From contig JAYUTU010000001.1 in assembly GCA_043754975.1 (NCBI GenBank), positions 4,231-68,230 on the forward strand: 64,000 nt of DNA. Reading direction: 5' to 3'. Shown here one piece after another: positions 1 to 9,772 of this stretch. The translations under genes and the position numbers were made by a program. The notes beneath the pieces were generated by a model. That model did no database searches and was not told the origin of the DNA. It worked only from the letters and a program-made list of their open reading frames with translations. This stretch comes from Bdellovibrionales bacterium (GTDB taxonomy: Bacteria > Bdellovibrionota > Bdellovibrionia > Bdellovibrionales > Bdellovibrionaceae). Within the stretch, counting starts at the first letter, position 1, and each line of letters opens with the position of its first letter.

Positions 1-1499
1 GTAGAGTCAACAATCTGAACCGTGTCGTAATTGCCTTCTGTTTCAAATTTTTCGAAATAAACAGCGACCTCATTCGCGCCAGCAACTTTGACTTCGAAAT
101 CCTCGTTCGTGTCTTTCAAGTAAGGGCTAGCTGATTTGATATCTACAGCTTGGGTCGACCAATTTACTGGATCATTTGGATCTGGCGGTGCCATCGTATT
201 TGTTAGCGCATTATTTGCGTTGATCATTCCACCAGATTTAATTTTTCCCCGCAAAGCAGTCATTGGCCGAACCGTGGCTATTAATCTGTTTTTGATTTCA
301 TGCGCAGTTAGGTTGGGTTCATTCGATAGCACAAGTGCTGCAACTCCTGAAACATGCGGAGCTGCCATTGAGGTTCCCGACCAAGATTCATAGCTGCCAA
401 CGGTCGATGAATACACATTTACACCCGGCGCTGCTAAGTGCACCATTCGTTTACCGTAATTTGAAAAGTTCGCCTTTTCACCGACATTATTTATTGCGGC
501 GACAGAAATAATATTATCTACAGCATAATTTGCTGGATACGTATCGGACAAATCATTGCTAGATCCATCGTTTCCAGCTGCAGCGACAAATAAGGTCCCA
601 GCATCATTAGATCTTTGAATTGCATCCAATAATGTTTGTGACATTCCGCCGCCACCCCAAGAATTACTCAGAATGCGGGCGCCCATCTTCGTCGCATAAT
701 CTATTGCTAGAATGGCATTTTCTAAAGTGCCCGAACCATTTTGATCTAAAAACTTTACTGACATGATTTGTGCGTCCCAGTTGACGCCAACGATGCCTAT
801 ACCGTCGTTACCCTTGCTGGCAATAACTCCTGCGCAGTGCGAGCCATGTCCGTGATCGTCTGAGGAATTCCCTGAATTAGTTATTGCATTGTATCCGTGA
901 ATATCATCAATAACTCCGTTGCCATCGTCATCAATGCCCTCGGTCCCGTTTTGTTCCGCTGTATTTATCCACAGGTTTTCAATTAAATCTGGGTGATTGA
1001 AATCAACACCAGTATCGATCACGGCGATGATCGTGTTTTTGGATCCCGTTTGCAGCTCCCAGGCCTTTTCAACATCAATATCCACACCCGCAGTTCCAAG
1101 AATCCCTTCAGAGTCCTGCTGCCCGCTGTTCGAAAGACCCCAAAGCTGGCTGTACAGCGGATCATTCGGTTTTTTATTAATTCGGTAAATATAATTTGGC
1201 TCTGCAACCTCAACGTTTTTATTTTCTGCCAGAGATTTCACTGCAGAACGAGTCAGTTCAAAAACTGGTTTTTTTACAATAACAATGTTTTGTGATGGAA
1301 TTGTCGATTTCACATAAGCACCAAGTAGCTGTGCCAACTGCAAATTTGATTTCTGCCGAACTACATTTTGCTTTAGCTTAACAACAAACTCGCCGGGAAC
1401 TGCTTCCGCCTCGGTCGTCATTGTCTGCGTCTGTGCAAAACCTGTCGCTGAAAGTGTTAAGATGAAACCGATTTTTAGCACTCTTCCCATGAGATTCAT
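1..1499 (-). CDS. Secreted subtilisin-like S8 serine protease with probable C-terminal CUB-like domain (3' end runs off the window)
   Basis: Not in the ORF track; read manually. ATG at 1499 follows a GGAG RBS; signal peptide MNLMGRVLKIGFILTLSATGFA; catalytic motifs IAVIDTG, HGHGSHCAG and GTSMAAPHV; DDDGNGVIDD Ca loop; C-terminal YFEKFETEGNYDTVQI is CUB-like. Confidence 0.92.
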   Translation of the reverse strand, partial: MNLMGRVLKIGFILTLSATGFAQTQTMTTEAEAVPGEFVVKLKQNVVRQKSNLQLAQLLGAYVKSTIPSQNIVIVKKPVFELTRSAVKSLAENKNVEVAEPNYIYRINKKPNDPLYSQLWGLSNSGQQDSEGILGTAGVDIDVEKAWELQTGSKNTIIAVIDTGVDFNHPDLIENLWINTAEQNGTEGIDDDGNGVIDDIHGYNAITNSGNSSDDHGHGSHCAGVIASKGNDGIGIVGVNWDAQIMSVKFLDQNGSGTLENAILAIDYATKMGARILSNSWGGGGMSQTLLDAIQRSNDAGTLFVAAAGNDGSSNDLSDTYPANYAVDNIISVAAINNVGEKANFSNYGKRMVHLAAPGVNVYSSTVGSYESWSGTSMAAPHVSGVAALVLSNEPNLTAHEIKNRLIATVRPMTALRGKIKSGGMINANNALTNTMAPPDPNDPVNWSTQAVDIKSASPYLKDTNEDFEVKVAGANEVAVYFEKFETEGNYDTVQIVDS

Positions 1500-1647
1500 A
1501 AAAATTCTCCTTCCGTGAGAACTTAATGTGTGTGGGAAAATCGTACCAAGCGCAAACTGTCGTCGCACAGGTTTTCTCAGTTCCATTCTGAAACTGGACT
1601 TTTATCGGGTTTACTTGCTCAGCTCAAAGGTGTTTTTTAAGAGCCGT

Positions 1648-1908
1648 TTAAATCGCTCTTTTTTTATTTAATGCAACCGGGTTTTCTTCAAAATCAAACA
1701 TCATTTGAGTCGGTAGCGAGTATTTTTCGGACACGGGGATCGAGACTATTTTCCCTGGATTTTCGAAAATTAGCTTTTTTTCTGTGGGTGTTTGTACATT
1801 TTTTCCATAGGCTTGCTTAATTAAATTCTTAACAAAGGCTTCTTTCACCGCGTCGCTTCCGTGGTGATTAAAACCAATTTCTTTCATCAAATCGCCAATT
1901 TTTTTCAT
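1648..1908 (-). CDS. Small hypothetical protein (86 aa) with C-terminal QMMFDF clamp-binding-like motif
   Basis: ORF 1648..1950; ATG at 1908 preferred because CAGGAG lies just upstream. Confidence 0.7.
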   Translation of the reverse strand: MKKIGDLMKEIGFNHHGSDAVKEAFVKNLIKQAYGKNVQTPTEKKLIFENPGKIVSIPVSEKYSLPTQMMFDFEENPVALNKKRAI

Positions 1909-2085
1909 ACAAACTCCTGTGCGTTTGACACAACAAATTCTTGTCGTCATTTTACTGGCTATAATTTAGTTGAAAGTCTAGAAGTCGTACTATTTTGCAC
2001 AGCTGGTAGCAGCCGTCTCAAAGTAGGACAGTGGCTGCAAACGCCAAGGTTAGAAATGACATCATGCTCATAAAAATAATTTTTA

Positions 2086-2910
2086 CTAGAACTGATCCGT
2101 GCGGTTTAATACAAAAGAGCCAATAGTTTTTGTGGTGCCGTTCACCATACGCTCATACATAAAGCCCGATAACTGCTGCGTTTCAGAAATTTTATAAACT
2201 TGATAAAACAGACTGCCATTGTCGATTAAGAATCCCGAAGACTCTTGCGCTTGATAGGCCAATTGGTTTGTTAAAAAACTTTTGGAGGATTGCTCCTGAC
2301 CATTTTTGAATATTTTAATGCTTCCTTTTAGAAGTGTTTCGGCATCAGGTTTCTGCTGCGGAAAAATTTGCACTGCAAGTGAGCCATATTCATTTTTATT
2401 CACATCAATTATACGTCCCCGATAATCTCCGAAAATGTCTTTCAACTCTTCCGGTGCCGGTTGCGAAGCTCCTGTTAAAAGCAGATCCAGGTTTTTAATC
2501 TCGACGTTTTTTAAATTTTTTCGAACCTCATCTTGATCTCTTGAGTTCGTTAAAATCCATTCGTACGATTTAAGTCGCTTAAAGTTGAATTGTTTTGCCG
2601 GTTTTGCTGATTTTGCTAGTGGCAGCGGGGGCTGGATTGATGCGGTAACTCCTAAGTCATTGCTCGCGGTACTTAGCATTTGCGCCAAAAGCTCGTCCGG
2701 TTTCTTAATCGCGGCACTATCAACTATATTTTGAAATTTAGTTTTTGCCGTTTCTAGCTCTGCCCGGGTGAATTTTAATTCCTCCTGGGCGCGGATGAGT
2801 TCGCGGTAGTCAGCACTATCTCGGAATGTGCTCTCGCCATAATTTCGGCCGGCCATAAAGCCACCAACGCCAAGGCACAGCCCAACAAAGATAACCAAGA
2901 AATCCTTCAC
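2086..2910 (-). CDS. Hypothetical N-terminally membrane-anchored protein with coiled coil
   Basis: 274-aa ORF with hydrophobic N-terminus; GTG start overlaps the sdhB stop (TAGTG). Confidence 0.75.
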   Translation of the reverse strand: MKDFLVIFVGLCLGVGGFMAGRNYGESTFRDSADYRELIRAQEELKFTRAELETAKTKFQNIVDSAAIKKPDELLAQMLSTASNDLGVTASIQPPLPLAKSAKPAKQFNFKRLKSYEWILTNSRDQDEVRKNLKNVEIKNLDLLLTGASQPAPEELKDIFGDYRGRIIDVNKNEYGSLAVQIFPQQKPDAETLLKGSIKIFKNGQEQSSKSFLTNQLAYQAQESSGFLIDNGSLFYQVYKISETQQLSGFMYERMVNGTTKTIGSFVLNRTDQF

Positions 2911-3701
2911 TAAGCCATATCTCCGCCGCCCATTTCTTCTTTCCGGTTTATACTAGCGCGAAGAAATTCACGGTTCATTTTAGCAATATTAATTAAAGAA
3001 ATTTCTTTTGGGCACGCTGCTGAACACGCGCCGGTGCTGGTGCAGGCGCCAAAACCCTCGGCGTCCATTTGCGCCACCATATTTAAAGCGCGCTGATCAC
3101 GTTCTACTTTACCCTGCGGCAATAGTGCTAAGTGAGAAATTTTTGCGCTGGTAAAAAGTGCTGCAGAAGCATTTTTGCACGACGCTACACAAGCGCCGCA
3201 ACCAATGCAGGCCGCAGACAAAAAGGCTTCATCAGCGTCTGGTTTTGGAATCGGAGTGCTGTTTGCATCTAAAGCGTTACCTGTGTTTACCGAAATATAT
3301 CCACCGGCAGTGATAATGCGGTCTAAGGCAGAACGACTGCACATTAAATCTTTCACAACCGGAAAGGCCACTGCGCGCCAAGGTTCAATTGTTAAGTGTT
3401 CGCCGTCTTTAAAATTTCGCATGTGAAGCTGACAAATTGTCGTGCCCTTCAGCGGACCGTGCGCTTCACCATTAATCATGAAACCGCAGCTACCACAAAT
3501 GCCCTCGCGGCAATCATGGTCAAACGCAATGGGCTGATCACCGGTTTTAATTAAGTTTTCATTAACTGCGTCTAGCATTTCTAAAAAAGATGCGTCTGGA
3601 GAGACCTCTTTCGCATCGTACTCATGAAACTTACCGTCGGACTGTGCGTTTTTTTGACGCCAAACTTTTAATTTTAAATTTATATTTTTTTTATTTTCCA
3701 T
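2910..3701 (-). CDS. sdhB: Succinate dehydrogenase/fumarate reductase Fe-S subunit
   Basis: [16 protein letters not shown] and [12 protein letters not shown] cluster motifs. Confidence 0.97.
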   Translation of the reverse strand: MENKKNINLKLKVWRQKNAQSDGKFHEYDAKEVSPDASFLEMLDAVNENLIKTGDQPIAFDHDCREGICGSCGFMINGEAHGPLKGTTICQLHMRNFKDGEHLTIEPWRAVAFPVVKDLMCSRSALDRIITAGGYISVNTGNALDANSTPIPKPDADEAFLSAACIGCGACVASCKNASAALFTSAKISHLALLPQGKVERDQRALNMVAQMDAEGFGACTSTGACSAACPKEISLINIAKMNREFLRASINRKEEMGGGDMA

Positions 3702-3711
3702 TTTTTCCCTC

Positions 3712-5625
3712 TTACTTGTACGAGCGTGTTGCCAGTTTTACATTTTCAAAACTTAGGTCTTCGGTGTTTCGAGTTTGGTCTTTGCCGTCACCGTTCCACT
3801 CCCAAGCGGCCACATGACAAAATTTTTCGTCATCACGCTTGGCTTCGCCTTCGACTTGGTGCTCTTCGCGGAAGTGTCCACCACAGGACTCTTCCCGCGT
3901 TAGGGCATCTCGGCACATGAGCTCACCCAATTCAATGAAGTCTGCGACGCGTGCGGCTTTTTCTAATTCTGTGTTGACTCCAACGGCCTCTCCCGGAACC
4001 AGCACATTGTGTCGAAACTCGTCTCGCAATTTTTGAATTTTTGCGATGGATTCGGTAAGGCCTAATTTATTTCTAGCCATGCCACAGTTTTCCCACATAA
4101 TCCGACCAAGCTCTTTATGAAAGCTTTCAACAGTGCGCGCACCCTTTGTGCTTATTAGTTTTTGAATTTCTTCTTTCACTAAGCTTTCACTGTTTTTAAA
4201 AGCATCATGAGCCGGTGATACAGGAACTAATTTAGTGTTTGCAATGTAATCACCTACTGTATACGGCAAAACAAAATAGCCATCAGCTAGGCCCTGCATC
4301 AAAGCCGATGCGCCCAAGCGATTCGCGCCATGATCTGAAAAGTTCGCTTCTCCTGCGACGAATAATCCAGGAATTGTACTCATCAAATTATAATCAACCC
4401 AGAGGCCACCCATTGTGTAGTGAGGCGCCGGATAAATTTTCATTGGCATCTTGTAGGGGTTTTCTCCAGTAATTTTATCGTACATTTGAAATAAATTTCC
4501 GTAGCGCTCAGAAATTTTGTCCTCGCCCAGTCGTTTGATGCTGTCGCGGAAATCCAAATACACAGCATGATCGCCCTGAACACCGTAGCCCTCATCTGCG
4601 CGGTATTTCGCTTGTCTTGAGGCCACATCCCGCGGTGCTAAATTTCCAAAGCTTGGATAGATTCTCTCTAGAAAATAATCGCGCTCAGCATCGGGAATTT
4701 CATTAGCTGATCGTTTGTCGTCTTTTTTACTTGAAACCCAAATGCGGCCATCATTTCGTAAAGACTCCGACATCAGTGTTAATTTAGATTGGTTTTCGCC
4801 GTGAACAGGAATGCACGTCGGATGAATTTGCGTGTAGCACGGGTTTGCCATGTAGGATCCGCGCTTGTGTGCGCGCCACGCGCCTGTTACGGCGCAGGCC
4901 ATTGCGTTCGTTGATAAATAAAATACATTTGAATATCCGCCGGAAGCCAGCACAACAACATCTGCTTCGTGAGATTCAATTTCACCCGTAAGTAGATTTC
5001 GAACAACTATTCCGCGGGCCTTGCCATCAATAACAACAAGATCCAGCATTTCACGCTTGGTGTTCAGCTGAACGTTGCCTAGATCAACTTGTCTCATCAT
5101 CGACTGGTAGGCTCCGTACAAAAGCTGCTGACCCGTTTGCCCACGAGCATAAAACGTTCTAGAAACTTGAGCTCCACCGAAGGAGCGGTTCGCAAGTAAT
5201 CCACCGTACTCACGCGCCAGTGGTACGCCCTGCGCAACTGCTTGATCAATAATGTTAACCGAAACTTCTGCCAAACGATGAACGTTGGCCTCGCGCGCAC
5301 GAAAATCTCCGCCCTTCACGGTGTCATAAAATAAACGATGAACCGAATCGCCATCATTTTGATAATTTTTTGCAGCGTTAATTCCGCCCTGAGCCGCCAC
5401 CGAGTGCGCTCGTCGTGGAGATTCGTGCACGCAAAATGCTTTTACGCGGTAACCCAGCTCACCCAATGAAGCGGCCGCCGACGCGCCGGCCAGTCCTGTG
5501 CCAACTACAATGACCGAATGTTTTCTTTTATTAGATGGATTTACTAATTTCATTTCGAATTTGTGGTTTTCCCACTTCGATTCAATGGGTCCGCCTGGAA
5601 TTTTGCTATCTAATTTTACTGACAT
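3712..5625 (-). CDS. sdhA: Succinate dehydrogenase/fumarate reductase flavoprotein
   Basis: [18 protein letters not shown] (FAD-His), QIHPT, HYTMGG and HGANRLG motifs. Confidence 0.97.
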   Translation of the reverse strand: MSVKLDSKIPGGPIESKWENHKFEMKLVNPSNKRKHSVIVVGTGLAGASAAASLGELGYRVKAFCVHESPRRAHSVAAQGGINAAKNYQNDGDSVHRLFYDTVKGGDFRAREANVHRLAEVSVNIIDQAVAQGVPLAREYGGLLANRSFGGAQVSRTFYARGQTGQQLLYGAYQSMMRQVDLGNVQLNTKREMLDLVVIDGKARGIVVRNLLTGEIESHEADVVVLASGGYSNVFYLSTNAMACAVTGAWRAHKRGSYMANPCYTQIHPTCIPVHGENQSKLTLMSESLRNDGRIWVSSKKDDKRSANEIPDAERDYFLERIYPSFGNLAPRDVASRQAKYRADEGYGVQGDHAVYLDFRDSIKRLGEDKISERYGNLFQMYDKITGENPYKMPMKIYPAPHYTMGGLWVDYNLMSTIPGLFVAGEANFSDHGANRLGASALMQGLADGYFVLPYTVGDYIANTKLVPVSPAHDAFKNSESLVKEEIQKLISTKGARTVESFHKELGRIMWENCGMARNKLGLTESIAKIQKLRDEFRHNVLVPGEAVGVNTELEKAARVADFIELGELMCRDALTREESCGGHFREEHQVEGEAKRDDEKFCHVAAWEWNGDGKDQTRNTEDLSFENVKLATRSYK

Positions 5626-5637
5626 AAAATCCTCTTT

Positions 5638-6300
5638 TTATTTATGAAATAAAAAAACGTAAAGGGGTTGAGATAAAAAACCAACAGTAACAATTACCGA
5701 ATAGGCCCAGGCGCATTTTTTAATTCCGTCTTGCAGCTTTCTTTCTAAAATTCCGAAAGACTGAAATACCGAGGCTGCGCCATGACTTAAGTGAAACATC
5801 ATCAGCGCCAGAGCAATGACATAGCCAAAAACATATTCGGGCTTATGAAAAACTTCGATAATTAATTTGTGCAGATCGCGCATGACAACTCCGTTAACAG
5901 TTGTGTCGTAATGCGATCCGTATTTAAACGTTATCAAGTGCAAAATAATAAACGCTAACAGCACCGAGCCCTGCACACCCATCCAGCTAGATCCCGTTTT
6001 TGGTGCTTTCAAGCCCTTGGCGGCAACGGCATAATTTGTACCCCGAGCACTTCGATTTTGCCGCGTCAGCAAAATGGCCATCGTGACATTGGTCAGTAGC
6101 GCTAAAACTAAAACGGATTCGGCACCATAAAGAATTAATTTATTCGATACCAGCGCGTGGCCATAGCTGTTGTACAAATCAGGTCCTGCAAAAATTAATA
6201 AGTTTCCCGCCATGTGAGCGATGACAAACCCCACCCACACAAGCCCCGTCAGGCCCATGATATATTTGCGCCCGACAGTCGACTTCAGAAAATCCAGCAT
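5638..6300 (-). CDS. sdhC: Succinate dehydrogenase cytochrome b subunit (single 5-TM anchor)
   Basis: STVGRKYIMGLTG...HMAGN, HLSHG motifs; first gene of sdhCAB. Confidence 0.93.
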   Translation of the reverse strand: MLDFLKSTVGRKYIMGLTGLVWVGFVIAHMAGNLLIFAGPDLYNSYGHALVSNKLILYGAESVLVLALLTNVTMAILLTRQNRSARGTNYAVAAKGLKAPKTGSSWMGVQGSVLLAFIILHLITFKYGSHYDTTVNGVVMRDLHKLIIEVFHKPEYVFGYVIALALMMFHLSHGAASVFQSFGILERKLQDGIKKCAWAYSVIVTVGFLSQPLYVFLFHK

Positions 6301-6471
6301 ATCTAAATCCTTAGTTGTTTTAGTTTAATTTTTTCTTTTTCAATTTTAATTTTACCCGCGTCTTCTACAAATGTCATTTTCACTCTGATTTTGCAACATG
6401 TTATGTTGAAAATATATTTCTGTTTTCAAGCGCTTAGGCTAGAACAGAAGTTCTTACGCAAGGCGGTTCCC

Positions 6472-7248
6472 ATGAAAGTTTTTGTCTGTCTGAAACAAGT
6501 GCCCGATACAGAAACGAAAATTAAAATTTTGCCAGACGGTTCAGGCATCGATACTGCCGGAATTAAATGGGTCATGAACCCGTACGATGAATTTGCTGTC
6601 GAAGAGGCCATCAAGTTCAAAGAAAAAAATGCTGGCGCTCAGGTCTGGGTGGTTACTGCTGGCCCCAAAGCACGAGCCGTTGAGGTTTTGCGAACAGCGC
6701 TGGCAATGGGCGCCGATGAAGGGGTCGTGATCAATTCTCCTGAGGGGCTTGACGCCATTTCAACGGCCCAAGCGCTAGCAAAAACAATTCAAGCCGAAGG
6801 CGGTGCCCATTTAGTGTTGTCTGGCAAAATCGCTATCGACTGCTCCCAATCTTCAGTGCCCCAGATGGTCGCTGAGTTTTTAAACATTCCTCACACCACT
6901 GTTGTTTCAAAATTCGAAGCCACTCCAGAGTTTTTTTCGTTAGAGCGCGACGCCGATGGCGGCACAAAAGAAATTGTACAGCTTATGTCGCCCGCACTTG
7001 TTGCCGCCAATAAGGGCCTGAATTCCCCTCGCTATGCAAGCCTTCCGGGAATTATGAAGGCCAAAAAGAAGACCATCAAAGAGGTCGAATTTTCAACCTT
7101 AGGAATTGCGCCCACAGAGCAAAAGGTAAAGTACAGTGGCTTTGTATTACCCAGCGAAAAAGCAGCCGTAAAGTTGCTGACTGGGGACGCTTCAGCCCAG
7201 GTGTTGCAACTGGTGCAAGCGCTACGAAACGATTCAAAAGTTATTTAA
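6472..7248 (+). CDS. etfB: Electron transfer flavoprotein beta subunit
   Basis: MKVFVCLKQVPD, MNPYDEFAVEEA and PRYASLPGIMKAKKK; start trimmed to ATG 6472. Confidence 0.96.
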   Translation: MKVFVCLKQVPDTETKIKILPDGSGIDTAGIKWVMNPYDEFAVEEAIKFKEKNAGAQVWVVTAGPKARAVEVLRTALAMGADEGVVINSPEGLDAISTAQALAKTIQAEGGAHLVLSGKIAIDCSQSSVPQMVAEFLNIPHTTVVSKFEATPEFFSLERDADGGTKEIVQLMSPALVAANKGLNSPRYASLPGIMKAKKKTIKEVEFSTLGIAPTEQKVKYSGFVLPSEKAAVKLLTGDASAQVLQLVQALRNDSKVI

Positions 7249-7267
7249 TTTCACACGCGGAGTTTTT

Positions 7268-8236
7268 ATGTCAAAAATTTTAGTTTTCACTGAAACAAGT
7301 TCCGGAAAAATTAAGCGCAGCTCACAAGAGCTTTTACAATTTGCCAAGAACTCTGGTCAGGAAGTCACTGCGCTTATTTTAGATGGCGATGGTGCCGCTG
7401 CGGCGCCTGAGGCCGCACATCACGGAGCTACAGAAGTGCTGCTCAGCAAGGATTCTGATTTTGCATCTTACAATCCAGAACTATTTGCTGCCGCAGTTTG
7501 TGAGGCCATTACTAAATCTGGCGCAGCACTTGTGCTGGCATCTTCATCGGCTGCGGGAAAAGATCTTTTTCCCCGAGTTGCTGCCAGATTAAAAGCTGGA
7601 ATCGTCACAGACGGCGTTGAAATTCAGCTGAGCGGCGCCGAAATCAAAGTGAAAAAGCCATTTTATGCCGGCCGCTGCTTCGCCACGGCAACTTTTGAAA
7701 ACACGACGTTAAAAATAGTTTTAATGCGACCAAACCAATTGCCAGTTGCAGCACCGGATATGACAAAAACAGCGCCACTGTCTGAGCTTTCTTACAGCAA
7801 ACCCTCGCTGAAAACTTTAATTAAAAATATCGTAAAAGGCACATCCGAAAAACTGGATTTAACTGAGGCAAACATTGTCGTTTCTGGTGGCCGCGGGCTT
7901 AAAGAAGCTGGTAACTTTAAGTTACTTAATGATTTGGCAGATGTTCTGGGTGCAACAGTTGGGGCTTCGCGGGCAGTTGTTGATGCGGGCTGGGTCAATC
8001 ACTCGATGCAGGTCGGACAAACTGGAAAAACAGTTGCTCCGTCGCTGTATATTGCAGTCGGTTTATCGGGCGCGATTCAGCATTTAGCTGGAATGAGCGG
8101 AAGCAAAGTGATTGTCGCAATTAATAGCGATGCAAACGCACCAATTTTTCAGAAAGCCACCTATGGCTTGGTCGGCGATGCCTTTGAAATTCTGCCGCTG
8201 TTGACTGCTGAATTTAAAAAAGTTTTACAACATTAA
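7268..8236 (+). CDS. etfA: Electron transfer flavoprotein alpha subunit
   Basis: VVSGGRG, GASRAVVD, QVGQTGK and SGAIQHLAG motifs. Confidence 0.97.
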   Translation: MSKILVFTETSSGKIKRSSQELLQFAKNSGQEVTALILDGDGAAAAPEAAHHGATEVLLSKDSDFASYNPELFAAAVCEAITKSGAALVLASSSAAGKDLFPRVAARLKAGIVTDGVEIQLSGAEIKVKKPFYAGRCFATATFENTTLKIVLMRPNQLPVAAPDMTKTAPLSELSYSKPSLKTLIKNIVKGTSEKLDLTEANIVVSGGRGLKEAGNFKLLNDLADVLGATVGASRAVVDAGWVNHSMQVGQTGKTVAPSLYIAVGLSGAIQHLAGMSGSKVIVAINSDANAPIFQKATYGLVGDAFEILPLLTAEFKKVLQH

Positions 8237-8237
8237 A

Positions 8238-8900
8238 ATGCTACACACGGCGCGCGGATGGTTACTCGGCGTTATTGTTTGGCTTATCTATAGAACTTTG
8301 TCTGCAACATGGCGGCTGCAGGTTATTGAGGACTCTTCATTAAAAAAAGATCGTTCACAAAAAATGTCAGTCATTCTTGCGCACTTTCATCAAGACGAAC
8401 TTGTTTTGCTTTCCATCATTTCTAAATACAATGTTGCAACGATGACCTCGACCAGCAAAGACGGTGAAATTATGACGGCAGTGGTTCGGCTTTTCGGCGC
8501 GCGGGTTACTCGAGGTTCTTCCACGCGAGGTGGCGTTACCGCTTTAAAGGGATTAATTAAGCTTTGCAAAGCAGGAAAAAGTTCAACATTCGCAGTTGAT
8601 GGGCCGAAGGGCCCAATCTACGAACCCAAGCCGGGCGTTTTTGAATTGTCTCGCTTATTAAAATCTCCAATTTACGCTGCTGGAGTACACTGTGACAGAG
8701 CTTGGCATTTTCCTCGCGCCTGGAATAAAACATTTTTACCCAAACCTTTTGCCACAGTAAAAATTGTGTGGAGCAAGGCACTTGACCCGGTGACAAAAGA
8801 CCAGGACCCGCGCGGTCCAGATTTAGCAAAAACCCTTAAGAATCAACTCTTTGCCGCGCGACAGCATGCGACCAATTTGTTTGGCGCCACAGACTCATAA
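8238..8900 (+). CDS. Lysophospholipid acyltransferase-family protein (DUF374-like)
   Basis: SKDGE, RGSSTRGG, VDGPKGP and W..LPKPF motifs typical of DUF374. Confidence 0.85.
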   Translation: MLHTARGWLLGVIVWLIYRTLSATWRLQVIEDSSLKKDRSQKMSVILAHFHQDELVLLSIISKYNVATMTSTSKDGEIMTAVVRLFGARVTRGSSTRGGVTALKGLIKLCKAGKSSTFAVDGPKGPIYEPKPGVFELSRLLKSPIYAAGVHCDRAWHFPRAWNKTFLPKPFATVKIVWSKALDPVTKDQDPRGPDLAKTLKNQLFAARQHATNLFGATDS

Positions 8901-8956
8901 CTGTAGCATTAAGTTTATACATTATCATTTTTCATACAACAAAGGATTGGTTTGTT

Positions 8957-9772
8957 ATGACATGGTTCCTATCGTTATTAGTTTCTCTTTCCGCGGTGTC
9001 TTTTGCGCAAACTGGATCGCCGGTCGTTGCAACTATTGGAAATAAAAAAATCACTTTGGAAGAGTTTAATAAAAAGTATGCTGAAGTCACAGCACAAGTT
9101 TTGGTGAATCCGCCGCCGAAAAAAACATTTCTTGAGGACCTTGTCCGCTACGAGGTCGGGGTGCAGGAAGCTAGAAAACGTGGCTTAGAAAAAGACCCCA
9201 TCGTTTTAGACCGCTTCAATCAGGAAATGTACAAAGCGTTGTTAGAAAAAGAGCTTGGCAAAAAAGTACAAGAAAACTCTGTCTCCGAAGCTGAAATGAA
9301 AACCTGGTATGCTAAAAATCCTCAGATTAGACTTTCTGATATTTTAATTGAGGTAAAGCCCGGAGCGACTGCTGAGCAGCGTGCAGAAGCCAGAAAACGT
9401 GCCGATGAAATTTTAGCAGAGGTGAAAAAATCTAAGCGCCCTTTTGAAGAACTCGTTCGTCTTTATTCAGATGATTCAACGACGAAAAATCTGGGCGGAG
9501 ATGTGGGTTGGCAGTCGCGCATTACGCTAGTACCAACATATTACGACGCAGCCGTTGTGCTTAAGGTCGGGGATATCACACAGTCACTAATTGAGACTCC
9601 GTTTGGATATCACATTTTAAAACTAACAGGTCGTCGCGGCTACGAAGAGGCTACTAAGCGCGAAATCCGCATGGCCGTATTTGATGAAAAAAGAAAAGCT
9701 GTTTTCGATGATTTTTTTAACCGTGTAAAAAAGCAGTATCAAATAAATGTTAATTCTAAGTTGGTTGAATAA
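8957..9772 (+). CDS. Periplasmic parvulin-type peptidyl-prolyl isomerase (PpiC/PrsA-like)
   Basis: Signal peptide; FEELVRLYSDD..GGDVGW..ETPFGYHILK rotamase motifs. Confidence 0.9.
   Translation: MTWFLSLLVSLSAVSFAQTGSPVVATIGNKKITLEEFNKKYAEVTAQVLVNPPPKKTFLEDLVRYEVGVQEARKRGLEKDPIVLDRFNQEMYKALLEKELGKKVQENSVSEAEMKTWYAKNPQIRLSDILIEVKPGATAEQRAEARKRADEILAEVKKSKRPFEELVRLYSDDSTTKNLGGDVGWQSRITLVPTYYDAAVVLKVGDITQSLIETPFGYHILKLTGRRGYEEATKREIRMAVFDEKRKAVFDDFFNRVKKQYQINVNSKLVE

Noticed and set aside
965-973. Perfect DnaA box inside the S8 protease gene
   Set aside because: Isolated, coding and 23 kb from oriC; compatible with chance
1475-1501. CIRCE-like TTAGCACTC-N9-GATTCATAA over the S8 protease start
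   Set aside because: The right arm matches only 6/9, it lies in coding sequence, and the gene is not a typical HrcA target
1600-1630. Sigma28-like -10 (CCCGATAA) upstream of the S8 protease
   Set aside because: No convincing TAAA -35 at the right spacing
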